Below are positions 29,208 through 39,458 of a stretch of DNA of 64,000 bases, in pieces. Source of the stretch: Myxococcota bacterium (GTDB lineage: Bacteria > Myxococcota_A > Polyangia > Nannocystales > Nannocystaceae); the NCBI GenBank assembly GCA_039028615.1, contig JBCCHT010000005.1, positions 192,001 through 256,000 on the forward strand, in the 5' to 3' direction. The stretch's first letter is position 1. Each line of letters opens with the position of its first letter. A model generated the notes under the pieces. It was not told the origin of the DNA. It made no database searches and saw nothing but the letters and a program-made list of their open reading frames with translations. The translations under genes and the position numbers were made by a program.

Positions 29208-30974
29208 ATGCCTCGCCGCCTCTTGCCGCTCCTCGCTCTCACCTCGGTCGCCCTCCCAGCGTCCACCGCCCTTGCCGATCTACCACTCCAGCCCAACGAA
29301 GCGGTGACGACCTTTCGGTCGGGCTTCAATGGGGTGACCAACCAGCCCTTCGTGGTCGGGGTCGTGGACATCCGAGATCCTGCGTGCAACGCGCCGGGTT
29401 TGAACACCAACTGGGAGGCGGACATCTACGGCAACGCCATGGCGGACAGCCCGACCGGTCAGCTCTCCGACGAGTGGACCTCCGCGAACCTGGGCGAGGT
29501 CTTCGGGGTGGCGCTGGACGACGCGGACAACCCCAACATCTACGTGACCGCGACCTCCAGCTACGGCAACGGAGCGACGACGGGCAACGTCTACCGCCTC
29601 GACGGCACCGATGGCTCGGTCACCACCCTGGCCACGCTGCCGAACACGGGGCCGGGCCTCGGCAACATCGCGTTCGACCGCGCCAACCAGCAGCTGTTCG
29701 TCACCAACTTCGAGGACGGCAGCATCTATCGCCTCGGCATGGACGGCACCATCCTGCAGGTCTACGACCCCTTCGGTGCCGACGACGGCGCGCCCGGGTT
29801 CGCGCCGCGCACCGAACGAATCTGGGGCGTGCAGGTCTTCGATTGCCACCTGTACTTCGGCACCTGGTCGGAGGACTCGGGCAACGACGGCGACACGAAC
29901 ACGGTGTGGTCGCTGTCGATCGCGGCCGACGGCAGCCTGGCCGGACCCGAGGAGCTCCAGCTCACGCAGCCGCTGAACAACTCCGGTCGGAGCATGCCGA
30001 TCTCCGACATCGCGTTCTCCACCGAGGGCCTGATGATGGTGGCCGAGCGGGGCATGTCGAGTGACTTCGGCCAGGCCCCGCACCAAAACCGGATCCTCGA
30101 GTATGCGGGCGGGCACTCGTCGTGGGTCCCCAGCGGTCAGACCTTCTCGCTGGGCAACATCGCGGGGGGCACCAACTCGTCGGGCGGCGTCGACTACGAC
30201 TGCGTCGAGGACGTGGACGAGTGCAATACCTGGGGCGCCAACGTGCTGGCCATGGCCGACGCGCTGCGCTGTTGCAGCCCTCCCAACATCTACGGCCTGC
30301 AGGTCATGCCGGCCACGGGCGGTGCGGTGACCGACTCGTACATCATCGACCTCGACAACGAGACGACCTACCAGGACAAGACCGCGATCGGTGACGTGGA
30401 CTCGGTACGTCCCTGCTTCGCCGTCTCGGCCGCGTGTGACCACGACCCGGGCTGTACCAACGACAAGTACTACTGGATCGAAAACCACGCGGGCGCCGAA
30501 GACCCCGAAAACCAGATCCCCTGGCCCGTCTCCGAGGACACCGCGCTGTGCGGGTCGACGTGGGTCGAGGTGATTCACAACCCGTTCATGGGCGATGCGT
30601 GGCAGGCCCTGGCCTATCGCTGGATCGCGGCGTCGCTCAACGTGGCGACCGGGGCCGACACCACGCCCGAGGTGGACCAGGCGCTGGTCGACGGTGAGGC
30701 CCTGCTCGCGATGTGCTCGGTGGGCCCCGCCGACCAGGATGCCGCGTTGGCGGCTGCCGACGTCTTGGCCAGCTACAACGCGGGGCTCATCGGTCCCGGC
30801 GTCTGTGTGCACGACGGGGGCGACGCGCCGCCGCCCGAGCCCGTCGATCCGCCCGACCGGGAAGACACCGCCGCCGCGGTGGGAGCTGCGTGCTCGGTGG
30901 GGCAGGACCCGGGCTGGGCGGGCTTCGGCGCGCTGCTCTTCGGCCTGATCGCTCTTCGCCGCCGTCGCGACTAA
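29208..30974 (+). CDS. Secreted beta-propeller protein with MYXO-CTERM-like anchor
   Basis: Signal peptide; blades GLGNIAFD..LFVTNFEDG; helical domain LAYRWIAASLN; ACSV...LIALRRRRD. Confidence 0.75.
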   Translation: MPRRLLPLLALTSVALPASTALADLPLQPNEAVTTFRSGFNGVTNQPFVVGVVDIRDPACNAPGLNTNWEADIYGNAMADSPTGQLSDEWTSANLGEVFGVALDDADNPNIYVTATSSYGNGATTGNVYRLDGTDGSVTTLATLPNTGPGLGNIAFDRANQQLFVTNFEDGSIYRLGMDGTILQVYDPFGADDGAPGFAPRTERIWGVQVFDCHLYFGTWSEDSGNDGDTNTVWSLSIAADGSLAGPEELQLTQPLNNSGRSMPISDIAFSTEGLMMVAERGMSSDFGQAPHQNRILEYAGGHSSWVPSGQTFSLGNIAGGTNSSGGVDYDCVEDVDECNTWGANVLAMADALRCCSPPNIYGLQVMPATGGAVTDSYIIDLDNETTYQDKTAIGDVDSVRPCFAVSAACDHDPGCTNDKYYWIENHAGAEDPENQIPWPVSEDTALCGSTWVEVIHNPFMGDAWQALAYRWIAASLNVATGADTTPEVDQALVDGEALLAMCSVGPADQDAALAAADVLASYNAGLIGPGVCVHDGGDAPPPEPVDPPDREDTAAAVGAACSVGQDPGWAGFGALLFGLIALRRRRD

Positions 30975-31146
30975 CCGAGATCCCAGCACCTTCGACCGAC
31001 CACCATCGACACGCTCCGCGGGTGACTCGACGCCGACGTCGAGGGCTCGCGGGGCGCTTCGTCGTTGGTTCGACGCGCCGTCGCAGCGACTCGACTTCGC
31101 AAAAATCATCGACGCTCCACGCCGCCGACTCGTGTACGTTGAGTTC

Positions 31147-31920
31147 GTGGCCAACCTGTATCGCTCGAGCTATGTCGCGGGTCTGTTTGCGTTGGGGGCC
31201 TCGCTGCTCGTCCACGGGAACTCGCACGCGCACTTCGTGCTCTTGTCTCCGCCGTCGGCCACCGTACAGGACGACAACGGCGACCCACAGATCCCGGGCC
31301 CCTGTGGAGACGACGGCAGTGCGATGGCCACCGAGGTCATCACCACGTTCGCGCCGGGCACCACCATCGTCATCACCGTCGACGAGCGGACCTTTAGCCC
31401 CGGCCACTACCGCGTCGCGTTGTCGCTGAACGGCGAGGGCGGACTCCCCGAGCCCCCCATGGTCACGCCCGACGGCATGGAGTGTGGCAGCGCGGCCATC
31501 GAGGAGACCCCCACCTTTCCCATCCTGGCCGACGGGATCTTGGAGCACACCCAGCCGCTCCAGGGGCCGCAGTCGTTCGAGGTCACGTTGCCCGCCGACA
31601 TGACCTGTGACGACTGCACCTTGCAGGTCCTCCAGTTCGTGGGGGATGCCCAGGCCGACGGGGCCGAGGGCTGCTTCCACTATCACTGTGCTGCGCTCGA
31701 GGTGGACGTGCCGGGCCCCGACGAGGCCGGCGAGTCGACGGGCGACGAGTCAGGCACGGGCGACGAGTCGGGCACGGGCGACACCGAAGCGGCAGGCGCT
31801 TCAGGGGGCGACGAGGGCTGCGGCTGCACGCAAGACCCCGACGACGCGCCGTGGGGGGCGACCGCGTTTGGCCTGTTCGTGCTGCTGAGGCTGCGGTCAC
31901 GCCCGCGGGGGCGCGGCTGA
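31147..31920 (+). CDS. Polysaccharide monooxygenase (LPMO)-like protein, SCE4755-type, with MYXO-CTERM-like anchor
   Basis: Predicted cleavage SHA|H gives N-terminal His; GPCG, PGHYRVAL, CDDCTLQVLQ, YHCA; GCGC tail. Confidence 0.72.
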   Translation: MANLYRSSYVAGLFALGASLLVHGNSHAHFVLLSPPSATVQDDNGDPQIPGPCGDDGSAMATEVITTFAPGTTIVITVDERTFSPGHYRVALSLNGEGGLPEPPMVTPDGMECGSAAIEETPTFPILADGILEHTQPLQGPQSFEVTLPADMTCDDCTLQVLQFVGDAQADGAEGCFHYHCAALEVDVPGPDEAGESTGDESGTGDESGTGDTEAAGASGGDEGCGCTQDPDDAPWGATAFGLFVLLRLRSRPRGRG

Positions 31921-31995
31921 CCGAAGAGTCCCGTTGAGGGACTTCGTGACGCAGGCCTCGTCTCGCCCGATTCTCGCGCTACGCTTGGCACCGTA

Positions 31996-32898
31996 GTGGC
32001 TTATTCATTGAACGTGCTTGGTCGAGTGCTCGCGGGGGCCGTGGTGCTCGGGTCCGCGGGGTTGGTCTACGGGGGGTGGTCGGCCGATGCCCGGGCGTGC
32101 ACCTGCATCCCCACGCTCGAGGTCGATTGGCCTGCGGACGGTGGGGTGCTGCCCCGCAACGGCCGCATCCTGCTGAGCGCCCATGGCTGTGGAGCCGGGG
32201 TCGGCGGTGATCTCGATGTCCTGGTCGATGGTGTGCCCGCACAGCTCGTTCGCGACGCGGCGATGAGCGTCGGCGGTGACGTCTCGGCGTACTCGCTCGA
32301 CCCGATGCCGGCCGAGGGCGCGACGGTGGAGCTGTCCGGGTGTCCGTCGGAGGGCTGCTTCGGGACCCCGGCCGTCTCCATGACCCTGACGGTGGGCCCT
32401 TCCGACGAGCAGGCTCCGGCGGCGCCCGAGCTCGGCGAGCTCGCGCATCGGGTCGAGGACTACGAGAGCTTCGACTGCGGTGAACTCGACGACACCGTGG
32501 AGCCCGTCCGCAACTGGTCGTGGACGATGACGCCCGCCGCCGATGCGTCGGACGAGGTTCGGGTCTACGTGGTCGACGTGGGTCCGGTGGACGGCGCGCA
32601 GAGCGAGAACATCCTGGCTCGCAATCACACCGAGGCCATGGACGTGCTGGTCCGACGCTTCACCGAAGATGCGGGCGAGGAAGTGTGCGCCGTCGTGCGG
32701 GCCTACGACACCGCGGGTCTCGCCAGCGAGCCGGTGCAGCTGTGCGAGGTGCTCGACGACGAGGACACCCTGGTGCCCGCGGAGGGCTGCGGCTGTCGTG
32801 CCCATTCGACACCCACCGGATTGGGCTGGGGCCTGCTCGTGCTGGTCCTCGGCGCGATGCGGCGCGTGGGTGGGGCTCGGTCGCGACCACGGCTATGA
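31996..32898 (+). CDS. Secreted Ig-like protein with MYXO-CTERM-like anchor
   Basis: Signal ARA|CTC; VVRAYDTAGLAS; GCGC...LGAMRR. Confidence 0.7.
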   Translation: MAYSLNVLGRVLAGAVVLGSAGLVYGGWSADARACTCIPTLEVDWPADGGVLPRNGRILLSAHGCGAGVGGDLDVLVDGVPAQLVRDAAMSVGGDVSAYSLDPMPAEGATVELSGCPSEGCFGTPAVSMTLTVGPSDEQAPAAPELGELAHRVEDYESFDCGELDDTVEPVRNWSWTMTPAADASDEVRVYVVDVGPVDGAQSENILARNHTEAMDVLVRRFTEDAGEEVCAVVRAYDTAGLASEPVQLCEVLDDEDTLVPAEGCGCRAHSTPTGLGWGLLVLVLGAMRRVGGARSRPRL

Positions 32899-32906
32899 TC
32901 GGGCAC

Positions 32907-34106
32907 ATGGCGCTGCAGCACTCGGCTTCGGCTCGCATCGGTGCGGCGCTCGTGGGCTTCGTGCTCACGGGGGCCTGCCAGTCGTCCTCGCCCGCGCCCG
33001 AGGGAGCGAAGCCCAGTGCGGTCGAGGCCAACGCGGAGCCCGAGCCCGAGCCCGAGCCTCCGCCCCAGCCGACGCCGTCATGCGACGAGGTCCCGCCACT
33101 CCACATCGACGACGTCTGGGTCTTCGACGGCGCGGCCGGGCCCGCCGTGGCGTTGCTCGACAGCGGGGGCATGCTGCCCCAGCGGGGATACTGTCGCCGA
33201 GTCGTCACCGTGGACCTCGCGTCGGGGAAACGGCTGGGCCGCATGGCGTTGAGCCCCAGCGGCAGCAACGTGCTGCGGTTGTTCGAGGTGTTCGAGCACG
33301 AGGGCAAGCCCCACGCCTGGCTGTGGGGCGGCGAGTCGACCCGGTTCACCCTGGTTGCTCTCGCGCCCTTGAAGAGCATCACCAACACTGCGTTCGTGAC
33401 CTTGGGCTCCACCATGGAATCGGTCACGCAAGTGCACAAAGCCCGCGTGGAGGGAGCCACCATCCAGGTCATGACCGACCAGGGGCACCAGTGGGAGGTC
33501 GATGCCTTCGGTGGCTCGGCGAAGGCGCTGCCGCCCGGCACCGAGGTCGACTTCAGTGACCATCCCGACCGGCCCTGGCACGAGCAGCAGCGCTACGCGT
33601 GCGCGGCGGGGACGGCCGAGTTCGGCTTCGAGCGCATCTACGGCAACCGCGAAGTGGAGATGACCGAGTGCCCCCGGTGCCGCATTCGCTGGGGCGAAGG
33701 GCAGGGGCCGCCGTCCGCCGATGTCTTTCTCGAGCCGCAGGCCGGCCGGGTGCAGATGGCGTCCGACCGCGGTCTACGACGACGCGAGCGCCTCCGCCTC
33801 GACGCGCGCGAGTGCGTAGGGCAGGCGTGGGGCGATGCGTCTCCGCGACTGGTCGTGCACCGCGATTCCCTCGGCTACGGCGCGACGAACATGCTCAGCC
33901 GCGTGCGGCCCGATGGGACGACGCACTGGCAGCAGACCGTCGGCGGCGAGCAGGTGGATGCGATTCGAGTCTCGGCCGATCGAGTGCTGCTGACTCGCTC
34001 GCGCCTGCAGTCGGGCGGCCGATTCCGTCGCCTCGACGTGCACGACCTCGAGACGGGCGAGCGGGTCTGGGCCTATCCCGACGGTCGCCTCCAAGCACCA
34101 CCGTAG
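32907..34106 (+). CDS. Hypothetical lipoprotein, beta-propeller (PQQ-like) C-terminus
   Basis: Lipobox TGA-C; EP linker; DGTTHWQ, DLETGERVW; alternative start 32895. Confidence 0.65.
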   Translation: MALQHSASARIGAALVGFVLTGACQSSSPAPEGAKPSAVEANAEPEPEPEPPPQPTPSCDEVPPLHIDDVWVFDGAAGPAVALLDSGGMLPQRGYCRRVVTVDLASGKRLGRMALSPSGSNVLRLFEVFEHEGKPHAWLWGGESTRFTLVALAPLKSITNTAFVTLGSTMESVTQVHKARVEGATIQVMTDQGHQWEVDAFGGSAKALPPGTEVDFSDHPDRPWHEQQRYACAAGTAEFGFERIYGNREVEMTECPRCRIRWGEGQGPPSADVFLEPQAGRVQMASDRGLRRRERLRLDARECVGQAWGDASPRLVVHRDSLGYGATNMLSRVRPDGTTHWQQTVGGEQVDAIRVSADRVLLTRSRLQSGGRFRRLDVHDLETGERVWAYPDGRLQAPP

Positions 34107-34675
34107 TCGCGGTCAGTCGATCTTGTCGTTGGCGCGTTGGCGTGTAGGCCTTGCACGGGGTCGTTTCGGTCGCGCAGACGACCCCACGCTTCATCGTGCA
34201 TGCGCAAAATAGAGCGACGCCTCGCGCCCGCCGATGATGCCGACGGACGCGAGGCGTCGAGGGATGCGGACCAAGCTCGCTGGTTGGATTCGCGCTCGCC
34301 CAGGGGACGGAGACGAGCGGGACGGGAGGTGGATGCGAGTCCGGCGAATCGGACCAGGATTCACCGAAGGTGCGGAGCAGACTGCGCGAGCACCGGTCCA
34401 CGGAATAGCCGGCGTCGCCATTTCAACGCTGCCGGATGGATAGGAACGAAAACGAATATTGCTAATCTTAGGAGACCACGAAACTCACAACCTGCAAGCG
34501 ATTTCGACGATAAATCTAAGTATTGATTTGAATGTTAGTTTTGAACGTCGGCGCGTAAGCCGTGTTTGTGTCCATGGCCGGGCCTCGACGCGTTTGCCGT
34601 TTCCGCGGATTCTGGGCACAGACGGCCCTCCGGCGCTGAATTGCGGCGTCGAAGTCGACCGGTCCGCGCCGAGGA

Positions 34676-35305
34676 CTACTCGTCGGGGGCCGAGGTCGCG
34701 CGGCGGCCCTGGCCGACCAGGTAGTGCTCGGCGCTGCCGGCCCGCGTGGCCTTGGTATGGAAGGGCTTGCTCTGCGAGAAGGTCTGCCGCATCTGCGCGA
34801 TGAGCTGCGGGAACCCGCCGCCCTGGAAGACCTTGCCCGCGAAGTGTCCACCGGGGCGCAGCACGATCGACGCGATCTGAAGCGCCCGCTCGAACAGGGC
34901 CTCGCTCCTCAGGCGATCGGTGGTCGAGTCACCGATCGTCTTGGGGGCCATGTCGGAGATGACGCAGTCGAAGTGCCCGTAGCGTTCGATCAGCTGCTCG
35001 GGATCGATCTCGTAGACGTCAGCGACGAAGGCCTCGCACCACGAGGGGAGGGCCAGCTCGATCTCGGCCAGGTCGAGGCCGATGACTCGTCCCTCTTCGC
35101 CGACGCGCTCGGCCGCGTACTGCATCCACGAGCCCGGCCAGCAGCCGAGGTCCAAGACGCGACGCCCGGGCCGAAGCAGCGAGAACTTCTTGTCGAGCTC
35201 TTGCAGCTTGTACACGGCACGCCCCGCGAAGCCCTCTTGCTTGGCGCGGCGGTAGGCCGCGTCATGCCGGGCTTCGCGGTTGTGCAGCTTGCGTTTACGG
35301 GCCAT
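34676..35305 (-). CDS. rlmE: 23S rRNA Um2552 methyltransferase RlmE
   Basis: RAVYKLQELD, LDLGCWPGSW, ISDMAP, KVFQG, TRAGSAEHY. Confidence 0.92.
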   Translation of the reverse strand: MARKRKLHNREARHDAAYRRAKQEGFAGRAVYKLQELDKKFSLLRPGRRVLDLGCWPGSWMQYAAERVGEEGRVIGLDLAEIELALPSWCEAFVADVYEIDPEQLIERYGHFDCVISDMAPKTIGDSTTDRLRSEALFERALQIASIVLRPGGHFAGKVFQGGGFPQLIAQMRQTFSQSKPFHTKATRAGSAEHYLVGQGRRATSAPDE

Positions 35306-35323
35306 GGGCCCGAGCCGTGGCGG

Positions 35324-36007
35324 CTACTTGCCGCCCTTTTTGGCGGCGTGCGCCTTGCGTGCCGAGGCCTTCTGGCCGTGGCGAATGAGCACGATCGACT
35401 GGTTGGCCCCGGGGATGGAGCCGCGAACCAGGATGAGCCCCTCGTCGGCGATGATCTTGGCGATGGTCAGGTTCTGGGCGGTCGTGCGGACGTTGCCCAT
35501 CTGGCCGGCCATGCGCTTACCAGGAACGACGCGGCCTGGGGTGAGGCGGCAACCGATGGAACCGCCGTGGCGGTAGACCTCGTGCACACCGTGGGTGGCC
35601 TTGGTGCCGCGCATGTTGTGGCGCTTGATGACACCCTGGAAACCCTTGCCCTTGCTGGTGCCGGTCACGTCGACGGAGGCGCCCTCCTCGAACATGTCGA
35701 TGGGCAGGTCCTGGCCGACGGGGTACTTGTCGAGCAGCGAGGCGTCGACGCGGAACTCCCGGACGTGCTTGCGGGGGGTGGCGCCGCTCTTCTTGAAGTG
35801 GCCGAGCTGAGCCTTGGTCAGGCGCGAGGGCTTCTGCTCCTCGAAGCCGACCTGCAGCGCGACGTAGCCGTCGCTTTCCTCGGTGCGATGCGCGGTCACG
35901 GTGTTGCCGCTGACCGACAGCACGGTCACGGGGACGCGCTTGCCAGTGTCGAGGAAGAGCTGGGTCATGCCCACTTTCTTGGCGATCAATCCGGGCTGGA
36001 TGTTCAT
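35324..36007 (-). CDS. rplC: 50S ribosomal protein L3
   Basis: KKVGMTQ, DGYVALQVG, VDVTGTSKGKGFQGVIKRH, PGRVVPGKRMAGQMG. Confidence 0.97.
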   Translation of the reverse strand: MNIQPGLIAKKVGMTQLFLDTGKRVPVTVLSVSGNTVTAHRTEESDGYVALQVGFEEQKPSRLTKAQLGHFKKSGATPRKHVREFRVDASLLDKYPVGQDLPIDMFEEGASVDVTGTSKGKGFQGVIKRHNMRGTKATHGVHEVYRHGGSIGCRLTPGRVVPGKRMAGQMGNVRTTAQNLTIAKIIADEGLILVRGSIPGANQSIVLIRHGQKASARKAHAAKKGGK

Positions 36008-36233
36008 TGTCGTCGTCGTTTCTGGTGAACGGTTCAAAGCGTGGCGAGGCCAGAGGCTTCGTGGACCGGCGTTTCGTCCTCATGGGAGCGGGCCGGTCGC
36101 GATTGGGCTGGGGACTATGGCCAAGGGGTGCAGGCCCGTCAAGGCGCGCGAATCCGTGAGTGGACCCACGGATGTGAACGCGCCGAGAAGGCCTCCAGTC
36201 CCCGAGAAACGGCCGTGAGGGGCCGATTGGGGC

Positions 36234-37049
36234 TCACGTCGGGGCCGGCATGGCGAGCAACGCGCGGGTGTTGTCGGTGGCCTGGCGGGCGAGCTGCTGC
36301 GGGTCCTGACCGCGGACCTCGGCCAGGCGCGAGCACGTGAACGCCACGTTGGCCGGGTTGTTCTTGGTGCCGCGCATGGGCACGGGCGCGAGGTAGGGCG
36401 CATCGGTCTCGAGCATGATGCGGTCGTCGGGCACCAGCTTCACCGCCTCGCGAATCTCCTCGGCCTTGGGGAAGGTGGCGATGCCGGAGAACGAGATGTG
36501 GAAGCCGAGCGCGAGCCAGGCCTCGGCCTCACGGGGGCCCGCGGTGAAGCAGTGCACCATGCCGGGCGCCTGCTCGCGGGGGCCCTCGTCGGCCACGATG
36601 GCGAGCGCCTCGTCGTGCGCCTCGCGGATGTGCAGCACCAGCGGCATGTCGAGCCGTCGCGCCAGGGCGACGTGCTGCCGCAGCGAGGTGCGCTGCTGGT
36701 CGGGCTCGCTCATGTTGTAGTGGTAGTCGAGCCCGGTCTCGCCCACCGCGAGGATCTTGGGGTGGGCCAGCCGCTGCTCGAGCTCGCTCAGCGCGGTCTC
36801 GTCGGTGGTCTTGGCCTCGTGCGGGTGAATGCCCACCGCGCCGAACACGGTGGGGTGGGCGTCGACCAGGGCCATGGCCCGCGGCTGGCTCTCCCGGGAG
36901 CACCCGACGTGCACCACCTGCACCACGCCCGCCTTGCGGGCCTGCTCGAGCGTGGCCTCGACGTCATCGGACATCGGCGCATAGTCGAGGTGACAGTGCG
37001 CGTCGATGAGCCCGGGGATGTTCGGGGGAGGGGGGCGTTTGCGTCCCAC
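36234..37049 (-). CDS. tatD: TatD-family deoxyribonuclease
   Basis: IDAHCHL, GIHPH, VGETGLDY, LHIRE, HCF, ETDAPYL. Confidence 0.93.
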   Translation of the reverse strand: MGRKRPPPPNIPGLIDAHCHLDYAPMSDDVEATLEQARKAGVVQVVHVGCSRESQPRAMALVDAHPTVFGAVGIHPHEAKTTDETALSELEQRLAHPKILAVGETGLDYHYNMSEPDQQRTSLRQHVALARRLDMPLVLHIREAHDEALAIVADEGPREQAPGMVHCFTAGPREAEAWLALGFHISFSGIATFPKAEEIREAVKLVPDDRIMLETDAPYLAPVPMRGTKNNPANVAFTCSRLAEVRGQDPQQLARQATDNTRALLAMPAPT

Positions 37050-37120
37050 GGGCGCACGCTAGCACGAGCGCCCGCGAGGACCAGGCGCCGACGGCCGGCC
37101 CCCGCTCACGGGTCGAAGGC

Positions 37121-38275
37121 TCAGCCTGCGGCCTGGGTCTCGCAGCCGAACTGGATGCTGATCGAGCCGCCGGCCGAGCCCTGCAGCTTGTTGCAGGTCT
37201 GCGGGCACATCAGGATGAAGTTCGGGGCGGCCGCGTTGTCGTAGTACCAGCCGTCGACCACGTTGGGGCAGTCGGCGGGCGAGTCCACGCGACCGATGGG
37301 GAGGATGCCACCCATGCCGTCGTCGAACTCCAGGTTGACCTCATCGGGGTCGAACTCCATGTCCTCGGGCGGGGCCGGAATCTCGAACTCGCACGACAGC
37401 TGGCTGCCGCCGATGACCTCGGTGGACAGCACGTCGAAGACGGCCTGGAAGTCCTGGTCACACAGGTCGGCCGCGACCCCGGCGGTTTGATTCGACAAGT
37501 CGATGTAGCGCTCACCGATGCCCGCGGCGCTGTTGCAGTTGGAGTGACACACCACCGAGTGGTGCAGGTAGCCCTCGTAGTTCGGGTTCAGGGCGAGGAA
37601 GGCCGCGTTGAACTCCTCGACGTTCATGTTGGAGGTGTCGTCGGTCACCACCACCAGGTGCTTGGTCGAGTCGGGCCGCAGCGCGGCGGCCCACTGATCG
37701 TGCGTGGCCAGCAGTCTCTCCCAGGCATCGTGGCTCGCCACGCGCTCGTCGACATGGGTGAAGGTCGGCGGGTTGGCATCCAGGTCGGGGCAGCCGCCGC
37801 TGCCGAGCGGAGCGTCGATGCAGATGCCGTGGCCGTTGTCGGGGTAGCTGGAGATCAGCACCACGTGCACGTCCACGCCGCTGGCGATGATCTGGTCGGA
37901 GAAGTCGTTCATGCGGGCTTGGATCTCGCCCGCCTCGAAGCTCATGGAGCCCGAGTTGTCGACGATGAAGATGATGTCGGCGGGCACGGGCACGAGCTCG
38001 GCTTGCTCGCCCACCGCCGCGCACTCCTCTTCGTCCTCGGGGAGCGGCTGGTCGTCGGGGATGTCGAGCTTGGCGCCGTCGAGGCCACCGTCATCGGCGG
38101 TGCCGTCCTCCCCGTCGGTCTCCGTGCCGCCCATCGCGGTCAGGCTGCCGATCCCGGAGCCGCTCGCGTCGTCGGACTCGTCTCCGCCGCCACCACAGGC
38201 CGCCAACGCCAGGCTTAGCGCGCCCAGCGCGATCGATCCCATGCCACGTGCCCAGCATCCCGTTGCCACCCTCAT
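37121..38275 (-). CDS. vWA-domain lipoprotein
   Basis: Lipobox LAA-C; MIDAS DIIFIVDNSGSM, VVVTDD; GWYYDN..CPQTC; RBS AAGGAGG. Confidence 0.82.
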   Translation of the reverse strand: MRVATGCWARGMGSIALGALSLALAACGGGGDESDDASGSGIGSLTAMGGTETDGEDGTADDGGLDGAKLDIPDDQPLPEDEEECAAVGEQAELVPVPADIIFIVDNSGSMSFEAGEIQARMNDFSDQIIASGVDVHVVLISSYPDNGHGICIDAPLGSGGCPDLDANPPTFTHVDERVASHDAWERLLATHDQWAAALRPDSTKHLVVVTDDTSNMNVEEFNAAFLALNPNYEGYLHHSVVCHSNCNSAAGIGERYIDLSNQTAGVAADLCDQDFQAVFDVLSTEVIGGSQLSCEFEIPAPPEDMEFDPDEVNLEFDDGMGGILPIGRVDSPADCPNVVDGWYYDNAAAPNFILMCPQTCNKLQGSAGGSISIQFGCETQAAG

Positions 38276-38432
38276 GAAAGGTGAGACACCTCCTTACTTG
38301 TGATTTCCGGTGCGGCGGGCTGAAAAAACGGCCGACAACGCCCGTGGTCCGCCGTTTTGTGCCCGGGGGATCGCTTTTTTCAGGCGATCGATCGCGGATG
38401 CAGAGACCGCGCTGAGCACGCTGGTGCGGAAC

Positions 38433-39458
38433 TCAGTCCGCGTTTCGCTCGCGCGCCGCCAGGGTCTCGAGGTTCTCGAACGCGTCGCCCACCGCCTCGC
38501 GGACGGCGGCGCGGGGGTGCCAGCGCAGCCGCTCGAGCAGCGTGAGCCCGGGATTCGGGCCGCCGTCGGTGCCCGCCATCCGGGCGAGCGCATAGGCGGC
38601 CCGCACCCGCGTGACCCCGGGCAGCAGCATGCGCTTGGCGAGTCGCTGGACTCGCTCGACCTCGGCCGGCTCGGCGCGACCGAGCGCAGCCAAGCCTTCG
38701 AGGGCGTCGTCTCGCTCGTGTCGAAGATCGAGGCCATCGAGCAGGCGAGGGCGGGCGGTGGCCCGGCGGGCGGCGGCCAGGGTCATCGCGCACAAAAAAC
38801 CGAGCGAGCCCCAGGCGTTCTCGCCCTGCACGAGGGTCTCGAGCACGTCGCACGCCTCGGCCCCGGGCGGGTCGAGATGCGCGAGGGCGTCGACGAGACC
38901 TTCTTGGACGCGCTCGTCTTCTTCGTTGCGCAAGGCGTCGACCAGCGCGGGCTCGGCCGCATCGCCTTGCAGCTCGACCAACGCGAGTCCGGCTTGGAAG
39001 CGCAGCTCGGGGTTGTCCGATTTCAGGGCCCCGGTGAGTGCCCCGTCGATGCGCGTGCGCAGCTCTGGAGCCGCGTCGGCATCGGCGGCGGCCTTGCCCA
39101 GGAACGAGGCGGTGACCACCGCACACTCGCGTAGATAGGCCTGGTCTTCGTCGTCACCGGTCAGCGCGAGCCAGGGCTCGACGTGGTCGAGCGCCTCGGG
39201 CTCTCCGAGCATGCCGAGCCCGGTGGCGGCCAAGCCTCGCAGCGGGGCGGGGTGCTCGTCGCTCAGTCGCTCGAGCAGGGCCCGCAGCACGGCCTCGCCG
39301 CGCGCGTGCTCGGTGGTGGAGCGCCAGTGCGGACCGGGCACGTCCAGCTCTTCGAGCAAGGCGGGCGCGAGGTTGCGGACCGCCTGGTGGCGATAGTGCT
39401 CGCGCTCGCTGTCCAGATCGCGAAGCGCCGCGTCGAGGGTGATTTCGGCGGCCAGCAT
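38433..39458 (-). CDS. HEAT-repeat protein
   Basis: ATG overlaps the holB stop; helical repeats (PELRFQAGLAL, ERVQEGLVDAL, AAVREAVGDA). Confidence 0.78.
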   Translation of the reverse strand: MLAAEITLDAALRDLDSEREHYRHQAVRNLAPALLEELDVPGPHWRSTTEHARGEAVLRALLERLSDEHPAPLRGLAATGLGMLGEPEALDHVEPWLALTGDDEDQAYLRECAVVTASFLGKAAADADAAPELRTRIDGALTGALKSDNPELRFQAGLALVELQGDAAEPALVDALRNEEDERVQEGLVDALAHLDPPGAEACDVLETLVQGENAWGSLGFLCAMTLAAARRATARPRLLDGLDLRHERDDALEGLAALGRAEPAEVERVQRLAKRMLLPGVTRVRAAYALARMAGTDGGPNPGLTLLERLRWHPRAAVREAVGDAFENLETLAARERNAD

